63,069 nt of DNA, filler included, from Octopus bimaculoides (GCF_001194135.2; 5 parts of 4 records of this genome joined end to end with filler, not necessarily neighbours in it); one strand, 5' to 3'; shown: positions 1 to 12,499, numbered from the whole stretch's first letter. Numbers and translations: made by a program. Notes: generated from the letters alone by a model not told the origin.

Positions 1-381
1 TATCAATACCAACAGATGACAACGTTTCTCTAAAAGAAATGGAAAAACTTTCAAAATACAAAGACCTGGAAATAGAGATAACTCGAATGTGGAATCTAAA
101 AACAGAAACAATTCCTATCATAGTAGGTGCCTTAGGTATAATAAAAAAATATTCAGACAAATACATAACAAAAATAGCAGGATTTACAAATATATATAAC
201 ATACAGAAAATTGCACTACTGGGTACTGCACACATTCTACGCAAAACACTTTCAATACAGTAAACATAAGAGCACCACAGCAAACCACAGCACATACCCA
301 AGGCGCACAGAGCTGCGCTCGGTAGTGAAGTGAAAGCACGTTATAAAAATAAAACTACTGAACAATAATAATAATAATAAA
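1..381 (+). mobile_element. 3' end of R4/Dong-like non-LTR retrotransposon (restriction-like endonuclease C-terminus, 3' UTR, (TAA)n tail)
   Basis: Frame reads SIPTDDNVSLKEMEKLSKYKDLEIEITRMW...IPIIVGALG...IQKIALLGTAHILRKTL*, the typical RLE tail (EK..KY.DL, P.V.GALG, LLGTAHILR). The 3' UTR runs into (TAA)n at about 364-381. A near-identical copy lies at 6149-6477. Confidence 0.9.
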
Positions 382-858
382 TAGGAAATAGCGTCAGAAC
401 AAGGTACCGATTTTTGCTGGAAATAATAGTCGATAACTATTCAACGCTAGGTAAATCTTTACTGAATGTACAGAGACAAATATGTGTTCGGGTGGCAAAC
501 ATTAAAAAAAATCATCTTAAACTCTAGGAAGAACGCCAGAGAAATGGACAACCTAGAACTCGAGTGTCGGACTTTTCAGAATACGTTTGTTATCGTAAAA
601 CTGGTTGGTCCTCGTCGGTTGGGTTTACCGAAAAGATTAAATTTAAGATATCCGCAATACCAATGCCTGTATACTCGGCCCTCAACCATAAACAAAACGG
701 AGATCAGTGAAAAAGTTTTATATGAAAGTTATAAATATTATTACAATACAAAGGTATTATTTTCCAACGAAATAAAGCGCCATGAAGGTAGAATTATATG
801 TATGCATGTATGTATGTATGTATGTATGTATGTATGTATGTATGTATGTATGTATGTA

Positions 859-894
<36 letters not shown>

Positions 895-959
895 TGTGTC
901 AGTGTAAGCGTCCGCGTGTGTGCTTGTGTCTGTATGTGCGCCTGCGTGTGTTTGTGCCT

Positions 960-1100
960 GTGTTTGTCCCACCCACTGCTTGATAAATTTGATGGTGTGT
1001 TTTTACATCTCGCAAATCTAGCGGTTCGGCATAAATATTTGAGAGAATAAGTACCAGGATTAGAACAATATAATCGATTTGTACGACTAAAATTCAAGGA
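960..1100 (+). mobile_element. Degenerate 3' part of the CORE-type SINE
   Basis: TGTTTGTCCC..GCTTGA..GGTGTGTTT..TAGCGGTTCGGCA..GAATAAGTACCAGG follows a (TG)n tract. Confidence 0.55.
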
Positions 1101-1690
1101 ATTTAATGACTGAAATAATCAAAGGATAAACGATAAAAGATAACTGACATGGCTAGTTTGAATTACTGAAGGACCATGGTTCGTTTGAGCAGTAAGCTCT
1201 CCGATTACGACCGGTCGGTGCGTGCAAATCAATTCGTTCATTCTCTGTCGATTCGTGTCAGTGACCGCAGTTGGGAGTCTCCTGCTGCCTGATTTAATTT
1301 TTTTTTTCTGGCGGTGTCATTTTCGTAAACAACCTNNNNNNNNNNNNNNNNNNNNNNNNNNNNNNNNNNNNNNNNNNNNNNNNNNNNNNNNNNNNNNNNN
1401 NNNNNNNNNNNNNNNNNNNNNNNNNNNNNNNNNNNNNNNNNNNNNNNNNNNNNNNNNNNNNNNNNNNNNNNNNNNNNNNNNNNNNNNNNNNNNNNNNNNN
1501 NNNNNNNNNNNNNNNNNNNNNNNNNNNNNNNNNNNNNNNNNNNNNNNNNNNNNNNNNNNNNNNNNNNNNNNNNNNNNNNNNNNNNNNNNNNNNNNNNNNN
1601 NNNNNNNNNNNNNNNNNNNNNNNNNNNNNNNNNNNNNNNNNNNNNNNNNNNNNNNNNNNNNNNNNNNNNNNNNNNNNNNNNNNNNNNNNN

Positions 1691-1736
<46 letters not shown>

Positions 1737-1902
1737 CACGCACGCACGCACGCACACATATACAACAACGTGAGGAAGTGCATTCTGACAAACGCTATTT
1801 AACCACATCGGATAGTCTGCTCCATACAGTGATACAGTGTTATACACTTACATATATACATTTATATACATATATATGTAGAGATATGTGCGTGTTTCTG
1901 TG

Positions 1903-1959
<57 letters not shown>

Positions 1960-1982
1960 NNNNNNNNNNTATATATATACAC

Positions 1983-2160
1983 TTTTATTCTTCTATTCTT
2001 TTACTTGTTTCAGTCATTTGACTGCTGCCATGCTGGAGCACCACCTTTAGTCGAACAAATCGACCCCAGGACTTATTCATTGTAAGCCTGGCACTTATTT
2101 TATCGTCTACTTATGCCGAACCGTTAAGTTAAGGCAACGTAAGCACACCAAAATCGGTGC
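1983..2160 (-). mobile_element. 3' half of the CORE-type SINE
   Basis: TTTTACTTGTTTCAGTCATTTGACTGC..GGAGCACC..CGACCCCAGGACTTATT is shared with 31857, 34587 and 62855. Confidence 0.8.
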
Positions 2161-2436
2161 CCACTTTTGCGTCACATATGTGTGTGTGTGTGTGTGTGTA
2201 TACAGAATAGAGGCAGCTGATGAAGGAAAAGTTCCATATGTGGCTTGTCTGTTTTCCTATGTGTTCATTCTGTTGTCTGTAAAAAAAGTTCGTTTTTTGT
2301 GCTTTGTTTATGTTTCCGTTCCTTTTTTGTCCATGTTGTTTTCAGGTCCTGTACCTGGATATGCATCTATATATACCTGTAGATGTAAGTACGTACATAT
2401 ATGTATGTATGTATGCATAAGCTCACATATCACTTG

Positions 2437-2437
<1 letters not shown>

Positions 2438-2482
<45 letters not shown>

Positions 2483-2487
2483 GTTAA

Positions 2488-2547
<60 letters not shown>
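2438..2547. repeat. (ATT)n microsatellite
   Basis: Visible directly. Confidence 0.98.
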
Positions 2548-2555
<8 letters not shown>

Positions 2556-2594
2556 GTATCGGTGTCAATGGTTTTGTTATACGGTGCAGTATTT

Positions 2595-2940
2595 TACAAT
2601 CCTGTAAATAATAATAATTGTATTTTTATATAAGCTTGAAACTTATGGTGATCACCGTGCAAAAACTAACGAAAATAGTCTAATAACGGGGCATATAAGC
2701 CCTGGACAGAAAAAAGAAGAATGTTCTAATTCAATGGTGCAAAGGTACAACATTTAGTCGCGTTAACAAAGCGATGTGAGTTCGTGTCCCACGTGGATAG
2801 GAAAGCCTTCTTTTTCTGTCCACGCCCGTTTCGAAATTAGGAAAATCCGTGAAAAAAATTTAAGAATTGGGAATCAAATGTGAAAATATTATCAAGGGGC
2901 TAGCAGAAAACTGTCCGGAGGGGGTCGATCTTTCTGCTAG

Positions 2941-2941
<1 letters not shown>
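2595..2941 (+). mobile_element. Possible Helitron/Helentron-like 3' end
   Basis: Ends in CTAG|T. A 10-bp inverted repeat CTAGCAGAAA (2900) / TTTCTGCTAG (2931) and an internal ~16-bp inverted repeat (2703-2719 / 2807-2822) are present. Confidence 0.4.
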
Positions 2942-2973
<32 letters not shown>

Positions 2974-3651
2974 NNNNNNNNNNNNNNNNNNNNNNNNNNN
3001 NNNNNNNNNNNNNNNNNNNNNNNNNNNNNNNNNNNNNNNNNNNNNNNNNNNNNNNNNNNNNNNNNNNNNNNNNNNNNNNNNNNNNNNNNNNNNNNNNNNN
3101 NNNNNNNNNNNNNNNNNNNNNNNNNNNNNNNNNNNNNNNNNNNNNNNNNNNNNNNNNNNNNNNNNNNNNNNNNNNNNNNNNNNNNNNNNNNNNNNNNNNN
3201 NNNNNNNNNNNNNNNNNNNNNNNNNNNNNNNNNNNNNNNNNNNNNNNNNNNNNNNNNNNNNNNNNNNNNNNNNNNNNNNNNNNNNNNNNNNNNNNNNNNN
3301 NNNNNNNNNNNNNNNNNNNNNNNNNNNNNNNNNNNNNNNNNNNNNNNNNNNNNNNNNNNNNNNNNNNNNNNNNNNNNNNNNNNNNNNNNNNNNNNNNNNN
3401 NNNNNNNNNNNNNNNNNNNNNNNNNNNNNNNNNNNNNNNNNNNNNNNNNNNNNNNNNNNNNNNNNNNNNNNNNNNNNNNNNNNNNNNNNNNNNNNNNNNN
3501 NNNNNNNNNNNNNNNNNNNNNNNNNNNNNNNNNNNNNNNNNNNNNNNNNNNNNNNNNNNNNNNNNNNNNNNNNAAAATTGTCTGACGAACGAGAAAGTAA
3601 AATTCTGAGTAATAGTTTTTGTGATGTCTTTGGTGCATTATTTACAAAGCA

Positions 3652-3708
<57 letters not shown>

Positions 3709-3760
3709 ACACACACGTACACACACGCACACGCACAGACACACACAAACACTCACACAC

Positions 3761-3922
3761 ACACATATATGGATCAATACAGTTTGATTCAAATTTTTTG
3801 GTACGCTTGAGTTTCAAGCACTATACTAGTCATCCAATTAAAAATGGCTGACGTCTAGCATCGCGCTTGAAACTCAAGAGTAGCAACGAATTTGAATCAA
3901 ACTGTTTTGATCCATACGTGTG
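3761..3922. repeat. Long imperfect palindrome / MITE-like hairpin (arms ~75 bp)
   Basis: TATGGATCAATACAGTTTGATTCAAATT..CTTGAGTTTCAAGC is mirrored by GCTTGAAACTCAAG..AATTTGAATCAAACTGTTTTGATCCATA. Confidence 0.85.
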
Positions 3923-4231
3923 ACTCCCAATAAATTGGTTGAGTAGCCTTGCCTTCCGCAAACCCCAACACCACGACACCACGACACCACGACACCACAC
4001 ATCACTCACCAATATACCACACCACTCCGCAAACGTTAGCACTGACCACTTCCCAGCACCTACACCATCATCCACACAACTACACATGCACACAGGCATA
4101 CGTCAAGGTCACCAGCTCCCTTCCACACGCACATACACGCTCTCACATACCCACGCACGCGCACCTTCGTTTTGGGATCGCCACTTCTGTATAATCTTCC
4201 CTTCTTCCTACTTGCTCTCCTGTGTCCGGCA

Positions 4232-4416
4232 TTCGCCATGATAGATCGCTAGCCACTAAAACTTTTTCTATTTTCTCTCCCTGTTTATCTTTGTGTTCCT
4301 TTCCGTAGAAGAGTGTAGGCTCGAAACATAAAAGACTTTCTAACTTCCCGAGTGTTAAACTAATACATCTGTTTGTTGTTTACACACCCATCTTCATCTT
4401 TTGTTGTTTTGTAAAT

Positions 4417-4420
<4 letters not shown>
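4232..4420 (+). mobile_element. Short repeat resembling a Penelope-like pseudo-LTR
   Basis: GCCATGATAGATCGC..GAAGAGTGTAGGCTCGAAAC..AAAGACTTTCT..CCCGAGTGTTAA. An inverted homologue lies at 9840-10035. Confidence 0.5.
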
Positions 4421-4472
<52 letters not shown>

Positions 4473-4486
4473 CATATATACATATG

Positions 4487-4586
4487 NNNNNNNNNNNNNN
4501 NNNNNNNNNNNNNNNNNNNNNNNNNNNNNNTTAATTAATTAANNNNNNNNNNNNNNNNNNNNNNNNNNNNNNNNNNNNNNNNNNNN
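4487..4586. other. Artificial 100-bp scaffold linker
   Basis: N44-TTAATTAATTAA-N44; the 12-mer puts stops in all six frames. Confidence 0.95.
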
Positions 4587-4652
4587 TAAAGGTGGTGCAC
4601 CAGCATGGCCACAGTAAAATGGCTGAAACAAGTAAAAGAGTAAAGAGTAAAG
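4587..4652 (+). mobile_element. 3' tip of the CORE-type SINE
   Basis: TAAAGGTGGTGCACCAGCATGGCCACAG..CTGAAACAAGTAAAAGAG. Confidence 0.7.
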
Positions 4653-5474
4653 TGTAATACAATCCTATTTCATAATGTCATCACTCAAGATGCTCAAACG
4701 TTCAGCGACTCAGCAGTTATACAGAGCTAAGTCTTTAAGTGAAGGCGATTCTTCGAACGTAACTAATGTTCCGTATGAATATAATACATTTAAAACGCAC
4801 ATAAAGTATTATTCACAAGGAATTTCATGGTATTATTTCATGCTTTCATAACATAACATTTCATCTCTGTAGCATTTGTTCAAATGGAAATGTTGGTACA
4901 TGTTTGGCGATTGCATATTTTGTTCCTTTTTTCCTACGACTATATATTCTCGTATAATTCACTGGAGGTACACGATATAGCATTGAATGAAGTATAGACG
5001 TGAGCAATTATAATTCACACTTGCGTGTACAATCGAATGTAGAGAAGTCGTCGCTGCAAAAATTGTCACGGGAATGAAATAGTGGTAATAGACAATAGGT
5101 GTGAAGAACATGTAACTGAGTTATGGATACTGCATTAGACGTCACGTAAGAGGATGTGAATCTCAGACCCAGTGTCCGATGCTGATGAAATGCTTTTCCC
5201 CTGAATCGAGGACGCTATTAACAGAGCTGGAATGTATTTATACAAACGCATCCTTGAGGAAGAATATCACCCACTAGAAAAGTACGGCTGCGAAGTCCTT
5301 TCCATGGTGGAATATACCCAAATGTCTGTTTTTGTGATACGAAGTTGCCTCTTGTCGGTATGGTTCCACATAGAGTCTCAATGCCTGGAAGCTTCGATAG
5401 GAAATTTCTGCTATAGCCATAGGCGGACTGGTGCGTTGTGAATGTATTTGATAGCTATAAACTAAAAGCCCGTC

Positions 5475-5515
<41 letters not shown>

Positions 5516-6148
5516 CATCTATCTATCTATCTATCTATCTATTATTATTATTATTATTATTATTATTAGCAGAAGAAAAATATGAAAAAAAGAAGAAAAA
5601 GAAGAAAAAGAAGAAAAAGAGAAGAAAAAGNNNNNNNNNNNNNNNNNNNNNNNNNNNNNNNNNNNNNNNNNNNNNNNNNNNNNNNNNNNNNNNNNNNNNN
5701 NNNNNNNNNNNNNNNNNNNNNNNNNNNNNNNNNNNNNNNNNNNNNNNNNNNNNNNNNNNNNNNNNNNNNNNNNNNNNNNNNNNNNNNNNNNNNNNNNNNN
5801 NNNNNNNNNNNNNNNNNNNNNNNNNNNNNNNNNNNNNNNNNNNNNNNNNNNNNNNNNNNNNNNNNNNNNNNNNNNNNNNNNNNNNNNNNNNNNNNNNNNN
5901 NNNNNNNNNNNNNNNNNNNNNNNNNNNNNNNNNNNNNNNNNNNNNNNNNNNNNNNNNNNNNNNNNNNNNNNNNNNNNNNNNNNNNNNNNNNNNNNNNNNN
6001 NNNNNNNNNNNNNNNNNNNNNNNNNNNNNNNNNNNNNNNNNNNNNNNNNNNNNNNNNNNNNNNNNNNNNNNNNNNNNNNNNNNNNNNNNNNNNNNNNNNN
6101 NNNNNNNNNNNNNNNNNNNNNNNNNNNNNNNNNNNNNNNNNNNNNNNN

Positions 6149-6426
6149 AATGTGGAGTCTAAAAATAGAACCAATTCCTATCATAGTAGGTGCCTTAGGT
6201 ATAATAAAAAAATATTCAGACAAATAAATAACAAAAACACCAGGACTTACAAATATATATAACATACAGAAAATTGCACTACTGGGTACTGCACACATTC
6301 TACGCAAAACACTTTCAATACAGTAAACATAAGAGCACCACAGCAAACCACAGCACATTCCCAAGGCGCACAGAGCTGCGCTCGGTAGTGAAGTGACAGC
6401 AGGTTATAAAAATAAAACTACTGAAC

Positions 6427-6477
<51 letters not shown>
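6149..6477 (+). mobile_element. Second copy of the R4/Dong-like LINE 3' end
   Basis: Matches positions ~86-381 almost base for base, with one small frameshift. Ends in (TAA)n at 6427-6477. The 5' part is lost in an N gap. Confidence 0.9.
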
Positions 6478-6479
<2 letters not shown>

Positions 6480-8689
6480 CACTAATGATAATCATACCAA
6501 CCGTGAAATGCGTTGTGTTCACTGATACACGGACACACACACATACACACACACACACACACACATTCACGTACAGGCATATTGATATGTAGAGACACAC
6601 ACATATATTGGGATATTACTCGTAATAGAGTTATATATTCGTGTTCAAATATATATATATATGCATGCTTGGAGAGAGCGCGAAAGAAAAATAGAGAGGG
6701 AGAGTGATGGGCAGACAGAGAGACAGAAAGACAGACACAGAGAAAGGTGGAAAGCGAATGAGAGAGAAAGAGTGAGAGAGAAGGTTAGGTAGATTTTGTA
6801 TACTTGTATATCAGTATACGTTTCTGTGTGAGGAGGCCGAAGGGATGTGTGTGAGTCTGGAAGATGTATACATACCTAAAGGGAACGAAAATATGCATGC
6901 ATGTGTGAGAATGAATGTCATTATGTGAATATGCATTCATAGCTTCGAAAATATATCGGAATGTGTGCCTGCAACTGTGTATATGCATAATAAATACATG
7001 TTGATAGACACAAATACGTGAATTCCGTTACTCTATAAGTTGTAGTATTCACAAATTCTCTGTGAAGTATTTACAGTGCTGCTTGTGTGAAGAGATTGCG
7101 GAAGTCAGCTTTCAGACCGTATTCAATGTTTTAACTGAAATGAATACTAAACAGTTATCAATGGCTGAATTTTGCTTTCATTTCTGTTCGATAATGAAAG
7201 TAGAGGAACACCGTTTTGATTAACAACTATCTATTGAAGTAAATTGCGTGATTTGTATGGATGTATATTCATACCTTAATATATAAAACACATACAAGCA
7301 CACATATACATAAGTACATATATATATATATAACATATACGCATATATATATTTATGTNNNNNNNNNNATATATATGATAGCATATATAATATTCATGAA
7401 CGAGCCATATTTTTATTCACCTGTCCTCAGTATATATACTTGTATGCTGTGTGTGAAGGCGCATTTATAGGTTTGAACGTTAGTAATTACGCATTCATGC
7501 ATGTATAGATGTATAGAACAACCTGAACTACTCGCCAAAAATGTATTGAACAATTCTATATTTACTTAATTATATTTACTGTAAAATGGGTGGTATCTAT
7601 TATTTCAGTCTATCAATCTATCTATCTATCGATCTATCAAATTAGTTATCTACCCATGTACTAACTATATTCAAACCACCAAATGTATCTTTTTTTACGT
7701 CTATATAAGCTTGTCTCTTTTTCTGTGTGTCTGTGTGTAAGTGCACGCGCGCGTGCAAGTGTGTGTGTGTGTATGTGTGTGTCTGTGAATATGTGTTGTC
7801 TTGATTGTAAATTTTCTATTACGATAATTTTTTTAAAAGACGCATATAATACGTACGTAGCGAGTTGTGAAATGAATCCCGAACAAACATTTTCGTGTAT
7901 GAAGCTTAACAGTCTCTTAGTCCTTAAATTATTTTCATTCTCAGTCGCTCATATGTATATATAATATATATACTATATATCTATATATATANNNNNNNNN
8001 NNNNNNNNNNNNNNNNNNNNNNNNNNNNNNNNNNNNNNNNNNNNNNNNNNNNNNNNNNNNNNNNNNNNNNNNNNNNNNNNNNNNNNNNNNNNNNNNNNNN
8101 NNNNNNNNNNNNNNNNNNNNNNNNNNNNNNNNNNNNNNNNNNNNNNNNNNNNNNNNNNNNNNNNNNNNNNNNNNNNNNNNNNNNNNNNNNNNNNNNNNNN
8201 NNNNNNNNNNNNNNNNNNNNNNNNNNNNNNNNNNNNNNNNNNNNNNNNNNNNNNNNNNNNNNNNNNNNNNNNNNNNNNNNNNNNNNNNNNNNNNNNNNNN
8301 NNNNNNNNNNNNNNNNNNNNNNNNNNNNNNNNNNNNNNNNNNNNNNNNNNNNNNNNNNNNNNNNNNNNTATATATACACACATATATACACACACACATA
8401 TATATATATATATATACATACACATATAAATGCACACACGCACACATACTCAAACACCAGCACATACACATAAATATCATGTCACTTCTGAAGTCCCTGG
8501 TAAGAGCTTCGGCTAACATGGGATCCAGTACAATGTTTGGGTCACCGGCGACTACGCGGCTTCTGCTGCAATTCATAGTAGTTGGTCTCATCGTTATATT
8601 CTACTATCCGACGAAGTTGAACGTAATTAATATATGACTATAATTATCTAAGCCGCGTGGAAGGTTAAAGATAAACTTTCATTCGAGGT

Positions 8690-8905
8690 TTATTTTTCAA
8701 CCTCGGCATCCATGCAGTCTACAAATTTCCTCCGTTGTTATTGCAGTGCTTGGATTCTATTGCTGAGAAAGCTTGCTTCTTATTGGTCAAAAATGTCATC
8801 AACAGCATATATGTCATCATCACTGCGATACTGATTCCCAGCCATGTGTTATCTTTTATATTTTGAGGAAACTATGATTGGCAAATAAGGTCAAATCAGG
8901 AAATA
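8690..8905 (-). mobile_element. Mariner-type transposase C-terminal remnant
   Basis: Minus strand reads LFPDLTLFANHSFLK / HMAGNQYRSDDDIYAVDDIFDQ*EASFLSNRIQALQ*QRRKFVDCMDAEVEK*. This matches the mariner YSPDLAPSD...L.G..F.SD....AV...F..GI..L..RW.KCV...G.YVEK* tail, with stops and a frameshift. Confidence 0.65.
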
Positions 8906-9717
8906 ACTTGTAGAAAAAAAAGAAAACACGGATAGAGGAGAGGAATGTAATTTCCCCCAAAATACTTGTTCTGTATCAAATCATGTAGAAAATGGCGACA
9001 AGCAAATGGCGAACGTTACTCGGAAGAGAATGAGATTTTAGACATACTTTATGACAAATATCGTACCCGAATGTGCTATAGAAATAACGTTAGCCTTATT
9101 TCTATGCTCTATCTACATCGCAGAAATCATTGAAGAGTATATAAAGTTTATCTTGCCAATTCTAAAGTGTTATCCATGTAGCAAAAACGAACGATAATGT
9201 ACTACCTACAAGCATCTTCCATTTACAGAACCAACTATTCAATGCTGTCCTGAACTTAAGTGATAGCCAATTCTACCGTCTTCGTTTTCTCGTGTTTTGT
9301 TCTTGATTAACTCTTGGAAGTTATCCATCCTAAGATATGTAGTAACTGCACAATCTCTTTCCCATTCTGTTTTCTAGACAAAATGCTAATATAAGTCACT
9401 GTGTTATTGATTGGGTTCATCAACTGCCTTCGATAATCCAAACGAAGTTACAGAAACATGGGTAAATCTACTATTTTTATTTGAGAAATTTTGCCTTTTT
9501 CCTCCCCACTACTGAATACAATTTTCTTTATCGCCTTATTGTTGTCCATTTATCCCCGTAAGCAAAACATAACTGCAAACTTGTCTATATAAATACATTT
9601 GAAACCTATTCATGGACTCTAACCTGCTTTCTTGAAAGTCGAAAAAAATTTTAATTATTAACATTGGAATATATATGTATGAATATGTGAATATATATAT
9701 GTATATATATCTATATC

Positions 9718-9802
<85 letters not shown>

Positions 9803-9839
9803 NNNNNNNNNNTATATATATATATATATATATATATAT

Positions 9840-10035
9840 GGGAGAATTTACGAAAAAAATAACAGGCGAGGACAGGTGGTGTACACAACAAAAGGATGTA
9901 TTAGCTTAACGCTCGGGAATAGAGAAAGTCTTTAACGTTTCGAGCTACGTTCTTCAACAGAAAGAATACGAAGAAAACAAGGAGAAAAACACGGAGACAA
10001 AAAATTTAATGTTTTTGTCTGCGATCTATCATGGC
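9840..10035 (-). mobile_element. Second copy of the same pseudo-LTR-like repeat, with a hammerhead-like core at 9929-9965
   Basis: Reverse complement aligns with 4232-4420 and contains UCUUU-CUGUUGA-AGAACGUAGCUC-GAAAC-GUU-AAAGA. Confidence 0.5.
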
Positions 10036-10460
10036 GATATACCCCATTCCTATGAAACTAAGTATAATATAATATGGCTGTGTAAATTTCTTTACGTTTA
10101 AATGCCTGCTTATACTAAATCTGCTTAGAGTGATCATCCATCTTTAGGAAATTTCCCAATGGGTGTTTTAACACTTTAATGTTATGTTTATTTGCTAGGG
10201 TGATAGCATGAAAGAGAATAGAACAAAAGAGTAGAAAGAAAGATGGCGAAATTAAAGTGGTCGCGAATGGAGATACATGCACAAACAAACAGACACACAC
10301 ATACACACACACACACGCACACGCACACACACACACACAATAACATTACAAAACACACAATCTCTACATAAACACGCAAGCACAAGTAAATGCATTTTTC
10401 TTGTGACTACGTTCTTGACTAGAGAGTCTTTGTGAATATATATTTATGTATGTATGTATG

Positions 10461-10572
<112 letters not shown>

Positions 10573-11221
10573 GAAAAGACAGAGCAATGAAGAGCGTAGA
10601 GAGAGTTGTGGAGAGTGAAAATATATGGGAGCAGCAAGAAAACACAAAATATGTCAATGCAAGTGTTAAAACGACTATGGTAAATGATGGCGGATTAAAT
10701 GCTTATTCCTAGCTTTTGTAGATGGAACATTATGGAAATAAAATGTTTCCGATTTGGTAATAATATGTCCCTGACTTCAAACACATCATCTTTTTCGATG
10801 TCTTCAGAAGCAAATAGATTATACAGGAGCAAATATTTCAAACGCTGTGCGTTTATACATTCAGCATATGCTACGAGGTTTACTTAAAGAGGTATATAAC
10901 CAATAAGAATGTGAATACTAATGGGCAGAATAATTGTTGTTTTCATTAACAACTACTACATTAAGAATAGTATAGTCCAAAACAAGTCAATGAATGCATT
11001 TGAACGCAAAAAATTGATTTGTCTGATATAGCTACTCTTAAACACAACGCAACTTTTGTTTTTCCTTTTATTTCAAGGGCTGGATAATCTAGTTCTGTAT
11101 GTTCTATAGTAAATGATCACGTATGGAACGCCTCTGATTTTATATCTGCCTACTGAGAATTGACCGAGGGCTAAACAGCACGAAAGTGGTGAGAATAGCT
11201 TGCTGTTTAAATGAATGCATG

Positions 11222-11568
11222 TGGAGGCACTATGGCCCAGTGGTTAGGGCAGCGTACTCGCTGTTTCGATTCCCAGACCGGGCGTTGTGAGTGTTTATTG
11301 AGCGAAAACATCTAAAGCTCCACGAGGATCCGGCAGGGGATGGTGGCGAACCCTGCTGTACTCTTCCACCACAACTTTCTCTCACTCTTACTTCCTGTTC
11401 CTGTTGTACCTGTAATTCAAAGGGTCAGCCTTGTCACACGGTGTCGCGCTGAATATCTCCGAGAACTACGTTAAGAGTACAAGTGTCTGTGGAGAGCTCA
11501 GCCACTTGCACATTAAATTCACGAGCAGGCTGTTCCATTGATCGGATCATCTGGAACCCTCGACGTCG
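11222..11568 (+). mobile_element. Second copy of the same ~385-bp tRNA-SINE
   Basis: Collinear with 31051-31415. It has a 14-nt deletion in the head and a slightly shortened 3' end. Confidence 0.85.
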
Positions 11569-11692
11569 AGGGTAAGTGAATGCAGTAAGTGAAAAATAAA
11601 AAAAGAATTTACCGTAGTATTTGGGATATATTACAACTATATTTCACTAGCAATCTTACGAGTATCCTTCTCTCAATAAAAAATCCTATGAC

Positions 11693-11771
11693 CTGAATTA
11701 TCGTCAATTTTTCCATTCCTTGCATTAACTGCATTTTTATAAACTTCTGGATTTTCCTCTGGTGTAGACAT
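11693..11771 (-). CDS. Speculative first coding exon (MSTPEENPEVYKNAVNARNGKIDDNS)
   Basis: ATG about 210 nt from the X-box in non-repetitive sequence. The donor (CAG|GTCATA) is weak and no homology is recognised. Confidence 0.2.
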
Positions 11772-11978
11772 CCTTCAGTCAATTTTTATTTTAGAATTTT
11801 GCTATTTCGGCTTCTTGAAGGAATTAAATACGAGAAATTCTTTATTTCTGCGTCGATCTTTAAGTTCTTTTTCGAAAGAAACTCCCGAGGCATTTTATAA
11901 CACTTAATCGGAGAAAGGAATATCGAAGCAAGAACTTAATTTTTTAATGCCTCCGAGACAAGCAAGAAGAAGAGAGAA

Positions 11979-12003
11979 GTTTATCCTAGCAACCTAGCAA
12001 CAG
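11979..12003. promoter_or_regulatory. Tandem RFX/X-box-like motif
   Basis: GTTTATCCTAGCAACCTAGCAACAG contains two CCTAGCAAC RFX half-sites. Confidence 0.4.
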
Positions 12004-12499
12004 TGACCTCTGTTTCTAACAGAGTGAGATTTGCTAATCGGTGAGGTCCGTCACCCAAGAATTCAGGGGTAACATACTAGAACAAATACTCAGTAATATA
12101 ATTGGTGCGCCAACAATTCTCTAATAAATAGACATAGTGTGGTAATATATTTCATCATACTCGAAACAATAAAAAGGTACAGTAGTAGTTTCTCCGTTGA
12201 ATATAAGCATTCATTGCAGAAAGACGGAAAAAAATGAAATAAAAAAAAACTAAAATTCCTTTAAACACAAATCTAGCGATTCAGCAGACAAATAGGAGCT
12301 TTTTGTGACTTCACTACGCAATAGTTATTAGTCTAATTGCATTGGCTTGTAAGAAATTATCCTCTCGTTTTTTTTTTTGTTTTTTGTTTTTTTTTACTTT
12401 CCCTTCGTGGTCCAGCCTCCTATGCCGGAAAAGAAATTAAATCTATTGAAATTTCAATGACGGTAACATAGGGATCGTTAAAACAACAACAGTGTCAGG

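Noticed and set aside
8479-8637. Plus-strand 52-aa ORF with a hydrophobic stretch; on the minus strand VVAGDPNIVLDP resembles the L1 endonuclease GDFN motif
   Set aside because: Three incompatible readings are possible, and none has enough independent support to call.
11222-11285. tRNA-like A/B boxes, here and in other SINE heads
   Set aside because: They continue into SINE bodies and lack a complete cloverleaf, so they are not tRNA genes.
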